Source of the DNA: Candidatus Saccharimonadia bacterium
Lineage (GTDB): Bacteria > Patescibacteriota > Saccharimonadia > UBA4664
Direction: 5' to 3'
NCBI GenBank assembly: GCA_041743505.1
Contig: JBGTMQ010000019.1
Location: 6,147-70,146 of the forward strand
Length of the DNA: 64,000 bases
Positions 27,220 to 38,571 of the stretch are shown here, in pieces. Each line of letters opens with the position of its first letter. The first letter of the stretch is position 1. Below the pieces are notes generated by a model. That model saw nothing but the letters and a program-made list of their open reading frames with translations, searched no databases and had not been told where the DNA came from. A program made the translations under genes and the position numbers.

Positions 27220-27978
27220 GTGTTAACCGAAGTCATTTTATCCATCCTGGCCGGATTCCTCGCTGGCAACATGAACGCCATTTCCGGTGGCGGCACGTTC
27301 ATTACCTACCCATTTTTGTTACTAATGGGTAATAGCAGCATCGTGGCCAACACTACCTCCACCGTAGCGCTCTGGCCCGGAATCCTGGCCAGCCTGCCTG
27401 GCTACAAAAAAGAACTAGTCCAGGTCAAATCCTGGATCAAGCTGTTCATCATTCCAGCGCTCATCGGCGGCCTTATCGGGAGCTTTATCCTCACGCATAC
27501 TCCCGAAAAAACCTTCAACCTCATCGTCCCGCTCCTTATTATCACCGGCTCACTAATTCTCCAGTTCCAGGAGCAAATCACCGGCTTCTTCCAGCGCATT
27601 CACCTGGACCGCCGAGCCCAGCGCATCATGTTTGTGCCACTGCTCCTAGTCATTGCCATCTACGGTGCCTACTTCGGCGCCGGTATCGGCATCTTGCTGT
27701 TAGGTTGCTTGGCGCTGGTCGGCATCAAGGACATCTACGAGAACATCGCTCTCAAAAACTCCCTGTCGCTCATCGTCAACTTCACCGCCGTGGTCTACTT
27801 CATCGCCGGCGGCTTCGTGCATTGGGCCATCGTCCCCACGCTGGCCCTGGGCGCCATAGTCGGAGGCTACACCGGCTCGCATCTGGCTCACCGCGTCAAT
27901 AAACGCACCGTCAAAACCTTCACGGTCATACTCGGCTTCGTCATCGCCATAACCCTCTTGGCGACAACCGTCAAATAG
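27220..27978 (+). CDS. TauE/SafE family exporter
   Basis: NAISGGGTFITYP, YGAYFGAGIG. Confidence 0.85.
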   Translation: MLTEVILSILAGFLAGNMNAISGGGTFITYPFLLLMGNSSIVANTTSTVALWPGILASLPGYKKELVQVKSWIKLFIIPALIGGLIGSFILTHTPEKTFNLIVPLLIITGSLILQFQEQITGFFQRIHLDRRAQRIMFVPLLLVIAIYGAYFGAGIGILLLGCLALVGIKDIYENIALKNSLSLIVNFTAVVYFIAGGFVHWAIVPTLALGAIVGGYTGSHLAHRVNKRTVKTFTVILGFVIAITLLATTVK

Positions 27979-27981
27979 CTT

Positions 27982-28791
27982 ATGCTTGAACCAATAGTCA
28001 CGGGATCCTTTGTGCTTAAATCATTGCTAAAAATTCGCATCAGCACCATAGCGGTGGTTTTGTTTGTATTCTACCTGGTATTCATTCAGCTCAACGTGCC
28101 CATGAAGCTAACTCCCGGCCAACTAGCCCTCTTCTCCGTCAATTCGTTCCTGTTTGGTTATTACTTCGCACCCATGCTGTCGGCTCAAAAATCCCGTGTT
28201 GCGGCCCTCATTGCCGCCGTCCGCCAGGAGGAAACAGCCATCCTCGATATCCTCACCCAATCCCACTTGCTATCCAAGCCGGTCCGCCACAAGCTCAAGG
28301 TTAAACTGCGCGTCTACCTCGACGACATCATCGGCAACACCCATGTCAAAGCCGACAACCCGTACTATGACGAGCTACTCTACTACTCCAAAAAAGCCAC
28401 CGGCGAAGATGCGGCGGTGATGAATGTTATCTACGACCGCCTGGCCAAGACCCTAACCAACCGCGATACGATGAACAACCTGTTTGCCACCCGGGTTTAC
28501 AGCCATGAATGGCTGGTCGGCACCGTACTATTCTTCATTACCTTGTTCTTCTCCCTCCAAATCGACTACAACGGCTCGGTCTTATTCGGGGTCATGATGG
28601 CCATTTTGTGCACTGGCCTAACGCTTCTCATGGTCATCCTCATCAAGTTCGCCACCCTGACTCATAAAGAGGCCAAGCGCATGTGGCGCCCGCTAGAGGA
28701 GCTCATCGTTAACCACTTTGAGGACATCACCCCGGCCGAAGCCAAAGCCGAAAAAGCCCGCGTCGACAAGCAGGCCCTCGCACCAAAATAG
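27982..28791 (+). CDS. Membrane protein (2+2 TM)
   Basis: Hydrophobicity pattern, long ORF. Confidence 0.7.
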   Translation: MLEPIVTGSFVLKSLLKIRISTIAVVLFVFYLVFIQLNVPMKLTPGQLALFSVNSFLFGYYFAPMLSAQKSRVAALIAAVRQEETAILDILTQSHLLSKPVRHKLKVKLRVYLDDIIGNTHVKADNPYYDELLYYSKKATGEDAAVMNVIYDRLAKTLTNRDTMNNLFATRVYSHEWLVGTVLFFITLFFSLQIDYNGSVLFGVMMAILCTGLTLLMVILIKFATLTHKEAKRMWRPLEELIVNHFEDITPAEAKAEKARVDKQALAPK

Positions 28792-28856
28792 CTTTGAGCA
28801 CAAGAACCTTTGCCCCCAAGCGCTTTCGTGGGTATAATAGGCGGGTTATAAATTAT

Positions 28857-28931
<75 letters not shown>

Positions 28932-29060
28932 TAGAACTCATACTTTATTTCAACTTATCGCTTTGATATTGACTTATAGAAGCAACTGTATTATAATTAC
29001 ATATACGTCCGGATTAGGAATCGTGCGCCCTTTGCGCATCCGCACTCTTCGAGGAGTCTC

Positions 29061-29489
29061 GTGTTCACAACAAAGTCAGTGCTGGAATTCGATCGGCATG
29101 AACTGATGGATCTTGTACATCAATCAGCCGCCTGCGTAATCGTGTTCTGCCAGCGGTCACTTGATGAGATGAGTCAGGATCCAATCGGCCAGGTACTCAA
29201 GGAGTACTTAGACTGCGGAGACCGCGTGCTAGCCGATAAGCTGTTCGCTCAGGTTAGCCTGATCTACGACTTCGCGAAGCTGGCTCTTGACGATAAGACC
29301 GGCGACTACCGCATCTACAATGAAGATGTGTTGATCATTACCATCGCGCTCCAGTATTTTCAGGGCTGGAAGACAGCCTACGTCGCCCCAATCGACCGGG
29401 ACCATGGTCATTGGGGCCGTGGGTCGATCGTCAACCAGCGGGATTGGACGGGTCTCAACAAGTTGCTCGTTCAAAAATTCACTAGGTAA
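29061..29489 (+). CDS. Hypothetical protein (second array, module 1)
   Basis: Promoter TTGACT-17-TATAAT 28969-28997, GAGGAG RBS, hairpin 29511-29548. Confidence 0.7.
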   Translation: MFTTKSVLEFDRHELMDLVHQSAACVIVFCQRSLDEMSQDPIGQVLKEYLDCGDRVLADKLFAQVSLIYDFAKLALDDKTGDYRIYNEDVLIITIALQYFQGWKTAYVAPIDRDHGHWGRGSIVNQRDWTGLNKLLVQKFTR

Positions 29490-29662
29490 CAATCCACAAC
29501 ACCTGCATAAGGTGGAGCCCCGTCAAGTAGGACGGGGCTTTTACTTTTTATGTCGGCCACCGCATAACAACATTGGACTTATTAGAGTTTATATGCTATA
29601 ATAATTAATCCATCTGGATAGCATAGTGCTCACTTTGAGCACTCGTACAGGAAGGAAAAATT

Positions 29663-29920
29663 GTGGCCGCCCTCGAGCGTGTCCTGCCCGATGCCACCGG
29701 CTTCACGCCCAACGGCTATGTTGATCCGTACCCTCACAGTGACCTCCAGCGTCCATGCACAGGACCGTGCTGTGAGCCCGAAGCATACCCGCAACCATAT
29801 CGCTGGTGGTGCCAAGGCGACAAATGCATGGCGGTTCTGCTGGAGCCGGGCGAGTGCATCAACTGCTACCCGCAGGACCACACCGTCACACGGCTGATGC
29901 CGATCCAGCACTCATGTTAG
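29663..29920 (+). CDS. Cys-rich small hypothetical protein (second array)
   Basis: Promoter TGGACT-17-TATAAT 29574-29602; AGGAAGG RBS. Confidence 0.55.
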   Translation: MAALERVLPDATGFTPNGYVDPYPHSDLQRPCTGPCCEPEAYPQPYRWWCQGDKCMAVLLEPGECINCYPQDHTVTRLMPIQHSC

Positions 29921-29934
29921 AAAGGAGACGCACC

Positions 29935-30243
29935 GTGTCTGGTCATGATGGGCATGAGACGCTCGTAGCATTGCGTGAGGGCAAAGTCGTCGATCTCGAT
30001 GGCGTCCTGCTCGTGATGGACGACGGCGAGCTGGCTCCCGGTGACACCTACATCGGCGCCCGCAACACCGTCGACGTCTACACCTGCAGGAGCATCAACC
30101 GCGAACAAGGTTGGGTCAACTCCGAAGGGCGAGGTTACAGCTTCGATACCTGGGAGTGCGTCAAGGTACGCTTTGCTACTGACGGCGCCACCGCGGACTA
30201 CGTCGTCCCCGGGCATTGTCTTCACAAAGCAGCCATATCCTAA
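29935..30243 (+). CDS. Phage-like hypothetical protein (second array)
   Basis: AAGGAG RBS + GTG; GDTYIGARN...YSFDTWECVKV; hairpin 30267-30296. Confidence 0.65.
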   Translation: MSGHDGHETLVALREGKVVDLDGVLLVMDDGELAPGDTYIGARNTVDVYTCRSINREQGWVNSEGRGYSFDTWECVKVRFATDGATADYVVPGHCLHKAAIS

Positions 30244-30417
30244 TCCGGCACAATACATCCTAACCAGGTGGAACCCCCGTCAATTGGCGGGGGTTCTTAC
30301 TTTTACCTGCTTGCATGGCAAGCTCTCTGGACTTCTTGCCCATTTTATGCCATATTAATACATTCCCTTTTCAAATCTATCAGCATCATCTGCAAGGTAC
30401 TCACCCGAGGAGATAAC

Positions 30418-30975
30418 ATGCAGGCACAGATGTTCAGCTTTCTCGTCGAGCGCTTGCTACCTTTCGGGTATAGGAGAGCATGGAGGGAAACGGAAGAATC
30501 CTTCCGCGACGTCCAGGAAATACTGGCCCCATCCTGGAATCCGTTCGAATATGTACCGGAGGGTTCCCGCACACAGCTCTTCGCCGCCCTCGCCAACGGT
30601 GTTGCACCGTTCACGGCCGTCATGAGAGTCCTTGTGACACACCCCGAAGGGGCCTGGCCGGCCGGGTTCAAGCTTCTGTATCAGAGCGACCAAGCAGCCA
30701 CCCGGGCTTTCGACGAGCACGATCAGTCGAACTGGCACCTTCGCAATGCTTGGGGCAATTTGGTGCCCACCGCCATCGACCCACCTTCGTGCGGCTGCAC
30801 TGAGTGCCTTATCGGGGAGTACATTCCACTGCAGAGCGTCACTACGGGCATGATGCGTGACATGGTGGCCGGCTACATCCGCAATAACACCTATCAGGAC
30901 TACTGGGTGGAATTCGAGCAAGACCCCGAGAACTACGGCGGCTGGCGCCAAAAGCTAGTGTCCGCGTATCACTAA
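30418..30975 (+). CDS. Phage-like hypothetical protein with CGCTEC motif (second array)
   Basis: GAGGAG RBS; hairpin 30982-31012. Confidence 0.7.
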   Translation: MQAQMFSFLVERLLPFGYRRAWRETEESFRDVQEILAPSWNPFEYVPEGSRTQLFAALANGVAPFTAVMRVLVTHPEGAWPAGFKLLYQSDQAATRAFDEHDQSNWHLRNAWGNLVPTAIDPPSCGCTECLIGEYIPLQSVTTGMMRDMVAGYIRNNTYQDYWVEFEQDPENYGGWRQKLVSAYH

Positions 30976-31129
30976 TCTACCGGTCCCGCTAAACATGGCG
31001 GGGCCCTCTTTTTAATCTGGTTGAAACAACAGCCAGTTCAAAACTTGACTTTTTACACAAATAATGCTATTATGCATACGTCCATTGGGGTTTACCCCCA
31101 CAGAAGCATGGCCAGCGCAAGGAGTTGTC

Positions 31130-31474
31130 ATGACCAACGCGCCAAGCACCACCACACGTATCCCCGCCGACTGGACCGTAGACACCGCAACCGGCCGGTC
31201 CAACAGTTCGGCTGAGTTCACGAGCCTGGTCAAGTTCGTGGGTGAACTCATTCGCGGCCATGCTGCAATGCTCATGGGCGGCCAGGCGGACGCTGTCGGC
31301 CAGCTCATCATGGCCCAGCTTGCACATTTGAAGGGCCTCGTCCCCTCGCACTACGATCAAGGAGTTCAGATCGAGAGCGTGAGGCTCGAGGATGGCCGGC
31401 TCGTGGGCATATTGTGGTTCGGTGGCCAGCGTCTGACGTTCACGACCGAAACCGCCCCCGACCCCATGCCGTAA
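31130..31474 (+). CDS. Hypothetical protein (second array)
   Basis: Promoter TTGACT-17-TATTAT 31045-31073, AAGGAG RBS, hairpin 31512-31548. Confidence 0.65.
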   Translation: MTNAPSTTTRIPADWTVDTATGRSNSSAEFTSLVKFVGELIRGHAAMLMGGQADAVGQLIMAQLAHLKGLVPSHYDQGVQIESVRLEDGRLVGILWFGGQRLTFTTETAPDPMP

Positions 31475-31611
31475 GGCATCGCCCCGCCAGGGGCAGCCGG
31501 TAACACCACAAGGTGGAGCCCCGCTGCTTTTGGCGGGGCCCTCTTTTTATAAATACCCCCAAATGAAAAATGCTCCCAACAAAGCCAAAGGCCTCATCGG
31601 GAGCTGTGTCG

Positions 31612-32331
31612 TCACGCCTTACTTGAACGATGCAGCCCGCTTAGCAGCATGCCGAGCCATTGCCGAACCGTCAGCGGAGCACGCCGGATACGCGACAAGG
31701 CTGCCTCGGCCCGCCAACCACCCAACAGCAGGGCTTTGGCCCGGCGCAAATGAGCAGGGGAGCCATGGTCCGGTATCAGCGTCAGCACCTGGCCGATTAC
31801 CCGCATCATGTCGTCATGCCGCCCGAGCCGGGACAAGGCGCTAGCATAATGAAGCTTGTTATACAGCTCACGTTTATGAGCCCCGGCCCGGTGCAATTCC
31901 CGATCTGCTATCTCGAAGGTGGTAACCGCCTCATCCAATTGGCCTTGCCTTACTTGCAGGCGGCCCAAGAAGCCCAGGCTTGTCGCATGTTCAGCCGGAT
32001 ACTGGTCCACCGACAAAATCAACAATGAGCGGTTAATGCAATCCTGTGCCTCCTGGAGATCACCCATCGCACCGTAGGACTCGGCCATATCACGGAGTAT
32101 GGCGGACAGCTCCGTGCCGAAGGCGCGCAGAAGGAGCTTCTTGTAACGCACAATTGCTTCTTCGTACCAGCCCGTCATCTGGAGGCAAACACCAATCATG
32201 TGTTCGCAATGCCGGTCTCGCGGGCCCCCGCGTGCCAGCGCGCATTCGTAGTAGTCAATCGCCATCGCCGGCTTATGCACACGCTCCCGCAGCCTGTCAC
32301 CCTCGTCTACAAAGATATCGTAGGCAGTCAT
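31612..32331 (-). CDS. Tetratricopeptide-repeat protein (paralog B)
   Basis: TPR pattern; LR.MAE, LGF.GRL, NKLHYA.ALS shared with upstream gene. Confidence 0.75.
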   Translation of the reverse strand: MTAYDIFVDEGDRLRERVHKPAMAIDYYECALARGGPRDRHCEHMIGVCLQMTGWYEEAIVRYKKLLLRAFGTELSAILRDMAESYGAMGDLQEAQDCINRSLLILSVDQYPAEHATSLGFLGRLQVRQGQLDEAVTTFEIADRELHRAGAHKRELYNKLHYASALSRLGRHDDMMRVIGQVLTLIPDHGSPAHLRRAKALLLGGWRAEAALSRIRRAPLTVRQWLGMLLSGLHRSSKA

Positions 32332-33026
32332 CTTGGCTCCTCCGCTCGCTCCGTACGATTTGCCCACTTGCGCAGCCGCCGGGCCAGGTCACGGCCTTGC
32401 GTCACGGCGCTATCAGCCCGCCAGCCACCATACCGGATAACCAGGGCCCGGCCCAGGTCCACCCGGGTGCCGTGCTCAGGTATAAGCACCAGCGCCTCAC
32501 CAATAACCCGTACACACTCAACCCGCCGCCCGGCACAGGATAATGCCGTAGCATAGTGGAGCTTATTATGTAGTGCATGTGGCCCGGCCCGTTGATCATC
32601 GGCCACCGCAAAGTGTGCCAGAGCGTCTGCTAGTGCGCCCATCGATACCAACAGCCGCCCTCTAAAACCGAGTGTAATGAGATACTCTTGGTAATATTGC
32701 CTAGCGGGCAGAAGGTCAAATGACTCTTCCAATAGAGCCTCAGCCGTTTCGTATTCACCCAGGCACCGGTGGCACTCCGCCATGCTGCGCAGAGTCAGTC
32801 CGGCCGCGTAATTAGGGGCGTGCTTGGCGCCTTCTTCATACCAGGTCAGAGCCTCACGGTCCTCACCCATAGCGTGGCAGCAGCTACCAATCATACCCAT
32901 AAAATGCCGGTTAAAGGCGTGGTCAGTCGTTAATCGCCTTAGGCTGTTGTTCATAATCTGGCGGGGACTGGAATGCTTTTTTCGAAGAACTGCAACCACA
33001 ATCTTGATCATATCGCCACTAGTCAT
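32328..33026 (-). CDS. Tetratricopeptide-repeat protein (paralog A)
   Basis: As above; ATGA overlap with paralog B. Confidence 0.7.
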   Translation of the reverse strand: MTSGDMIKIVVAVLRKKHSSPRQIMNNSLRRLTTDHAFNRHFMGMIGSCCHAMGEDREALTWYEEGAKHAPNYAAGLTLRSMAECHRCLGEYETAEALLEESFDLLPARQYYQEYLITLGFRGRLLVSMGALADALAHFAVADDQRAGPHALHNKLHYATALSCAGRRVECVRVIGEALVLIPEHGTRVDLGRALVIRYGGWRADSAVTQGRDLARRLRKWANRTERAEEPR

Positions 33027-33109
33027 TTCCGCTCCTTGGGTTGGCCGGACGATGTGCGAAATTATGACTCAACAATCGGCACTTGTATAGATCGTGTATT
33101 ATTAGGGGC

Positions 33110-34069
33110 ATGGAAGCACTATCCAAGAAGTTCAATCTGTTCGGCAAGCATCCCGATCGCACAACCTTAATCCTGCGCTGGGTCGTGGCGGTAGTGTTAG
33201 TCGGGCTCGCCGTAGCAGCCGTACTGGCCGGCATCGCCCATGCCATGTCGCCGGCAGCTATTCGGGCGCCTAAGTCTACGCATTATCATTTTCGGATGCA
33301 ACTCATCAACGATGGCCAACCGGTTAATTTTGGCGATAAAGCCTTTCAGACGCCACTCAACCACGATGTTTGCAGCGCAAAACTAACCAAAGAGCCGGTT
33401 CATTTTCATGATAGAGTCGACCAGTTCGTGCATGTGCACTGGGACCACGTTACGGGCGCTTTATTACTCAAAAATTACGGCTGGAATCTTAGCGGTGGAC
33501 TGCCCGGCAGTCTCGGATACCGGTTTGACAAGCTGCCTGGCGTAACGAATGTGCCAGTTCATGGCAAAGTACTGCCGCAAGCACCCCAAGATGCCCGGTA
33601 TTACATCTATACGGGCGATGACAGCAGCTACCGTGAGCGCGATTGGAATAAGTTTCTAAACGAAGACCTTAACGTGTTCTTCGGCCACCCGAAAGTGACA
33701 GCATCGTCAGCCTCATCGACGGGGTTATGGAGCTGGTTAGTTCCGGCAGCCTCGGCCACGAGTTTTCCCGAAGAAACGCAGGCCCCCCCGGGGCCAGCCA
33801 AAAGTACGCAGCCGACACCCGCGCCTGGCAAAAGCAGCAATAGCCCCACTCCACGACCACACAACCATAGTGGTACTCAGGGACAAACGCCCAGCCCGAG
33901 CCCTGCTAGCCAGGCCGGTGGCGGGCAGTCGCAGGAGGAGTTAGCCAAAATTAACCGTCTAGTAGGTAATGTAGTGATTTTCGTCCAAAAGGACCGTCCG
34001 TCGGACCAGGCGGTCAAAAAACGGTTTACAAATCTGGTACCGATGCTTCTTAGCGCTTGTGGCGGCTAG
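33110..34069 (+). CDS. Membrane-anchored hypothetical protein, possible metal-binding
   Basis: TM; HYHFR, PVHFHD, VHVHW, terminal CGG. Confidence 0.7.
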   Translation: MEALSKKFNLFGKHPDRTTLILRWVVAVVLVGLAVAAVLAGIAHAMSPAAIRAPKSTHYHFRMQLINDGQPVNFGDKAFQTPLNHDVCSAKLTKEPVHFHDRVDQFVHVHWDHVTGALLLKNYGWNLSGGLPGSLGYRFDKLPGVTNVPVHGKVLPQAPQDARYYIYTGDDSSYRERDWNKFLNEDLNVFFGHPKVTASSASSTGLWSWLVPAASATSFPEETQAPPGPAKSTQPTPAPGKSSNSPTPRPHNHSGTQGQTPSPSPASQAGGGQSQEELAKINRLVGNVVIFVQKDRPSDQAVKKRFTNLVPMLLSACGG

Positions 34070-34072
34070 ATC

Positions 34073-34963
34073 GTGCTTGATCAGATTGTCTGGCCCAAGC
34101 CGGGCCGGTACGTGGTGGCCGTATCTGGCGGCTGTGACTCGATAACACTGCTAGATCTGGTCACAGCCGCCGCTAGCCGGCGCGGCTACCAGCTGGTTGT
34201 GGCCCACTTTGATCATGGCCTGCGCTCAGACTCTGCCACCGACCGCCATCTGGTCAAAGCCGCCGCCGCTCGTTACGGCTGGCCTTTCGCCACCACCGAA
34301 GGCCGGCTCGGCCAGGCCAGCGAGGATCAGGCCCGCACTGCGCGGCACCGGTTCCTGGAGCGCGTCCGCCATTACTATGATGCGCACGGCATTTTAACGG
34401 CCCACCACCAGGACGATCTTCTCGAGACCAGCTTGCTCAACCTGGCCCGGGGGTCAGGCCGGCGGGGCCTGGCGCCCATGCCGGCCGGCAGCCGCATCCT
34501 CCGCCCCTTGCTGGGCATTCCGCGACTTCAGGTCCGGGAGTACGCCCATACGCATAAGCTATTATGGCGCGAAGATTCCACCAACGACGACCGGTCTAAC
34601 CCGCGTAATTTTATCCGTCTCGAGCTCCTGCCCGCGGCCGAAGCCCCCTGGCGTGAACAATACCTGGAACTGGTCCGCCGGCTAAGCCGGCTCAATCAGG
34701 ATATTGATCACCAGCTGGAAACCATTCATACTGACGGGGAGCTGCTTCCCAGGCCGCTCGTTTTAGAATTAAGTCTCGAAGAACTAGCCGAACTCATTAT
34801 CAACATTACCCAAACGCTAGCACCGGGTATTGAGCTGGAATCACGTTTGGTTCAGGAACTGGCAGTCTTTGCCAAAACCGCCAAACCGGGACGCCGCCGC
34901 CCGCTGCGTCAGGGCATTAGCGTAAAAATTACGCGCGACGGAGCCTTGCTTTATCGGTCCTAG
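34073..34963 (+). CDS. tilS: tRNA(Ile)-lysidine synthase
   Basis: VAVSGGCDS, HFDHGLR, AHHQDD..ET, RPLL, EDSTN..RN. Confidence 0.92.
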   Translation: MLDQIVWPKPGRYVVAVSGGCDSITLLDLVTAAASRRGYQLVVAHFDHGLRSDSATDRHLVKAAAARYGWPFATTEGRLGQASEDQARTARHRFLERVRHYYDAHGILTAHHQDDLLETSLLNLARGSGRRGLAPMPAGSRILRPLLGIPRLQVREYAHTHKLLWREDSTNDDRSNPRNFIRLELLPAAEAPWREQYLELVRRLSRLNQDIDHQLETIHTDGELLPRPLVLELSLEELAELIINITQTLAPGIELESRLVQELAVFAKTAKPGRRRPLRQGISVKITRDGALLYRS

Positions 34964-35023
34964 CGCTAGCCACGGCGACTAATGTCGGCGTATACTGTAT
35001 GGGTATTTCGAAAGTAGGATGAT

Positions 35024-36925
35024 ATGAAGATGAAGAAAAGTACCCGGAGTTTCATGTTTCTGGTGGGCGCCATTTTAGTGGCGGCCGTTCTCTTGGTGCT
35101 AACGTTGCCCACGACGCGCACCGAAAATGTTTCACTGTCACAGCTCGTAGATGAAGCCAAGTCTGGCAAGGTTGAACGGATTGAAGTCGACGGCGACAAG
35201 CTAACTGCCACTCTCAAGGATTCAAACGCAGCTAAACAGGTGGCCTACAAGGAGAGCGGCACCAGCTTAGTTAAAGATTATGGCATTGACCCCAAGAAGG
35301 TCGTCATTGATCCCAAGTCGAGCGAGGGCGGATCAAATATCTGGCTGCAACTGTTGCTGACCCTGCTCCCAATCGCGCTGATTATTGGTTTCTTTTACTT
35401 CATGATGCGCCAGGCCCAAGGGCAAGGGAACCAAGCCATGAATTTTGGCAAAAGCCGGGCCCGGTTATATGGCACCGATAAGAAGAAAGTCACTTTCAAA
35501 GAGGTGGCCGGCGCCGACGAGGCCAAGCAGGAGCTAACCGAAATTGTTGAGTTCCTCAAATACCCCACCAAATTCGAGGCACTGGGAGCCAAAATCCCCA
35601 AGGGCGTCCTGTTATACGGCCCTCCTGGAACCGGTAAAACGCTGTTAGCTCGAGCCGTAGCCGGTGAAGCCGGCGTACCGTTCTTTAGTATCGCTGGTTC
35701 GGATTTTGTGGAAATGTTTGTGGGTGTCGGTGCCTCCCGCGTACGCGACCTGTTCATGAAAGCCAAGAAGAACGCACCCTGCATCATCTTTATTGATGAG
35801 ATCGACGCCGTCGGCCGCCAGCGCGGCACCGGCATGGGCGGCGGCCACGATGAGCGCGAGCAAACGCTCAATCAGATTCTGGTCGAAATGGACGGCTTCG
35901 AGCAAGGCACCAACGTCATCGTCATGGCGGCCACCAACCGGCCTGACGTCCTTGACCCGGCCCTCCTGCGTCCTGGCCGTTTCGACCGCCGTGTTACTCT
36001 AGACTCGCCCGATTACAAGAGCCGCAAAGCTATTCTGGAAGTCCATTCGGAAGGCAAACCGCTCGATAAAGACGCTAACCTCGACGAGGTCGCCAAAAAG
36101 ACGCCCGGCTTTAGTGGCGCCGACCTGGAGAACCTCATGAACGAGGCGGCTATCTTTGCTGCCCGGCAAGACAAGAAGAAGATCAACCAGAAGGACATGA
36201 CCGTATCACTCGAGAAAGTCCTCATGGGACCGGAACGCAAAACCCACGTCATGAACGCCGCCGAAAAGGAGATTACCGCCTACCACGAGGCCGGTCATGC
36301 CATCGTGGCTCATATCTTGCCCAACTGCCATCCGGTTAACAAAGTCTCGATCATCTCGCGCGGCCGCGCCGGCGGGTTTACCTGGACTCTGCCCGATGAA
36401 GACCGCCACCTAAACAGCATTGCCGATTTCAAGGATGACCTCGCCCATATGCTAGGCGGCCGTTTTGCTGAGCAAGTCGTATTTGGCGCGACAGCCATTA
36501 CCACCGGTGCCTCCAACGATTTGCAAAAGGCCACCCAACTGGCCCGCAGCATGATCATGGATTACGGCATGAGTCAAAAATTACCTAACCGGGTATTTGG
36601 CTCTCAGAGCGATGCTGTTTTCTTGGGCCGGGAGTTAGGTGAGCAGCGTAATTACTCGGAAGACGTCGCCAAGATCATCGACGAGGAGGTAGCAGCGCTC
36701 ATCTATGAGGCCGGTCAGCGGGCCGAGAAGGTTATTACAGAGCACCGCACCAAAGTCGACAAGATCGCCACCAAACTTGTCAAAGACGAGGTCATTGACA
36801 AGGAAGAGTTCATTGAACTGGTCGGCCCGCGTCCCGCTAAACCCAAGAAAGATGACCCGCGCGAACCTGACGTTCCTGGTCAAGAAATCGGACCAGACAT
36901 CTCCGGGAGCCCAGCGGCAGCGTAG
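35024..36925 (+). CDS. ftsH: ATP-dependent zinc metalloprotease FtsH
   Basis: [24 protein letters not shown]. Confidence 0.97.
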   Translation: MKMKKSTRSFMFLVGAILVAAVLLVLTLPTTRTENVSLSQLVDEAKSGKVERIEVDGDKLTATLKDSNAAKQVAYKESGTSLVKDYGIDPKKVVIDPKSSEGGSNIWLQLLLTLLPIALIIGFFYFMMRQAQGQGNQAMNFGKSRARLYGTDKKKVTFKEVAGADEAKQELTEIVEFLKYPTKFEALGAKIPKGVLLYGPPGTGKTLLARAVAGEAGVPFFSIAGSDFVEMFVGVGASRVRDLFMKAKKNAPCIIFIDEIDAVGRQRGTGMGGGHDEREQTLNQILVEMDGFEQGTNVIVMAATNRPDVLDPALLRPGRFDRRVTLDSPDYKSRKAILEVHSEGKPLDKDANLDEVAKKTPGFSGADLENLMNEAAIFAARQDKKKINQKDMTVSLEKVLMGPERKTHVMNAAEKEITAYHEAGHAIVAHILPNCHPVNKVSIISRGRAGGFTWTLPDEDRHLNSIADFKDDLAHMLGGRFAEQVVFGATAITTGASNDLQKATQLARSMIMDYGMSQKLPNRVFGSQSDAVFLGRELGEQRNYSEDVAKIIDEEVAALIYEAGQRAEKVITEHRTKVDKIATKLVKDEVIDKEEFIELVGPRPAKPKKDDPREPDVPGQEIGPDISGSPAAA

Positions 36926-36928
36926 CAC

Positions 36929-38518
36929 ATGGTAAACCAGGCCAAGCGGATTCTCGGGCGGGCCACAGCGGCTCAGACAGTCGGCGCCGCCGCCATGCTT
37001 ATCTCGGTAGCCTACCTGGTCTCTCGTCTGCTTGGCCTGCTACGTGACCGGCTGCTGGCCGGCCACTTTGGCAAAGGCCCTCTGCTCGACGCCTACTACG
37101 CCGCTTTCCGCTTGCCCGAGCTGTTATTCGCCTTGCTCGTAACTGGCGCCTTTGCAGTCGCCTTCATCCCGGTGCTCACCGGTTATCTCGAAAAGAAACA
37201 GCAGGACGAGGCTTGGCGGGTGACTGCCAGTCTGTTCAATATTTTGGTGCTCGCGACGATAGTCGGCAGCGTTATTATTGCTATCTTTGCCGGTCCGCTG
37301 ACCAAGCTGCTAGTGCCCGGCTTTGATCCTGAGCAACAGCGTCTTACCGTCGAGCTGACGCGTATTATGCTCATCGCTCCGGTCTTTTTTGCTATTTCCA
37401 GTGTGCTCGGCAGCGTGCAGCAGGCCTTTAACCGCTTCCTTATCTTTGCCTTGGCCGGAGTGTTCTACAATCTGGGTATCATTGCCGGCATCATCTGGCT
37501 CGCGCCTGAGTATTCGGTTTACGGAGTTGCCTGGGGAGTCATCATCGGTGTTGTGTTGCAGGCGCTTCTGCAATGGCTTGGCCTCTACGGACTCGGCTTT
37601 CGCTACCGTCCGGAAATCAACTTTCGTTTACAAGGTGTCAGGCAGACGCTCAAGCTGATGGCGCCACGAGGCATCAACCAGGGCGCCGAGCAGGTCAACT
37701 ACATAGTTGAGATTGTCATTGCTTCTTTACTCAGTAAGGGCTCCATTACCGCCTTTACACTGGCCAATAACCTCAAAAACGTCCCCTTAGTGCTAATTGC
37801 CGGGTCTATCACTACGGCGGCTTTCCCGCTCCTTGCCTCGCGAGCCGCCAAAGGAGCCCGGACCGAGCTAATTGAAGGTTATGTGCAAACCGCTCGTCTT
37901 ATTCTATTCCTGGCCGTCCCGGCCGCTATTTTTATGGTGGTGACCCGCGGTTACCTAGTGCGGCTCTTGTATGGCTTTGGTGACGTTGACACTGCTAACA
38001 CGCTCGGCTGGTTTGCTGGCACCGTGGTATTCACCGGCCTGTTTCTATTGGTGTCGCGGGTATTTTTTGCCATGCAAGATACCCGGACGCCGCTGTATCT
38101 AAGCTTGGCCAGCATCCCGCTCAATATTGCATTGAGCTACTTCCTATCCCAAAACTTCGGTGTATCCGGATTATCCATGGCCGCCAGTATTGTAGCCTTC
38201 TTAGAAATGATTGTGTTGATGTGGCTACTAAGGCGCCGCCAGGGTGACTTCGGAGAGAAAACCATCTGGCAAGGCGCCTGGCGTATGGGACTGGCCGGCG
38301 TCTTTATGGGTGGCATTATCTACCTGACCGTCAGCCGCCTCCTGCCGCTCTACGCCGACGACCGCGGATTCATGACCTTGGCGCCCAAGTTCCTGCTTCT
38401 GCTCATCATCGGGGCCGCCGCCTACCTGGCCCCATGTTACCTCCTCAAACTCAAAGAAGCCCATAACTTCGTCAGTCGGGTCAAAGACATCATGGTCCGC
38501 TCACTTAATTTGACTTAG
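36929..38518 (+). CDS. murJ: Lipid II flippase MurJ
   Basis: SRLLGLLRD, DAYYAAFRLP, FFAMQDTRTP. Confidence 0.92.
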   Translation: MVNQAKRILGRATAAQTVGAAAMLISVAYLVSRLLGLLRDRLLAGHFGKGPLLDAYYAAFRLPELLFALLVTGAFAVAFIPVLTGYLEKKQQDEAWRVTASLFNILVLATIVGSVIIAIFAGPLTKLLVPGFDPEQQRLTVELTRIMLIAPVFFAISSVLGSVQQAFNRFLIFALAGVFYNLGIIAGIIWLAPEYSVYGVAWGVIIGVVLQALLQWLGLYGLGFRYRPEINFRLQGVRQTLKLMAPRGINQGAEQVNYIVEIVIASLLSKGSITAFTLANNLKNVPLVLIAGSITTAAFPLLASRAAKGARTELIEGYVQTARLILFLAVPAAIFMVVTRGYLVRLLYGFGDVDTANTLGWFAGTVVFTGLFLLVSRVFFAMQDTRTPLYLSLASIPLNIALSYFLSQNFGVSGLSMAASIVAFLEMIVLMWLLRRRQGDFGEKTIWQGAWRMGLAGVFMGGIIYLTVSRLLPLYADDRGFMTLAPKFLLLLIIGAAAYLAPCYLLKLKEAHNFVSRVKDIMVRSLNLT

Positions 38519-38571
38519 GATACCCATGTACCAGCGACTTCAACCCGGCATTATCGGGTACAATATGACTT

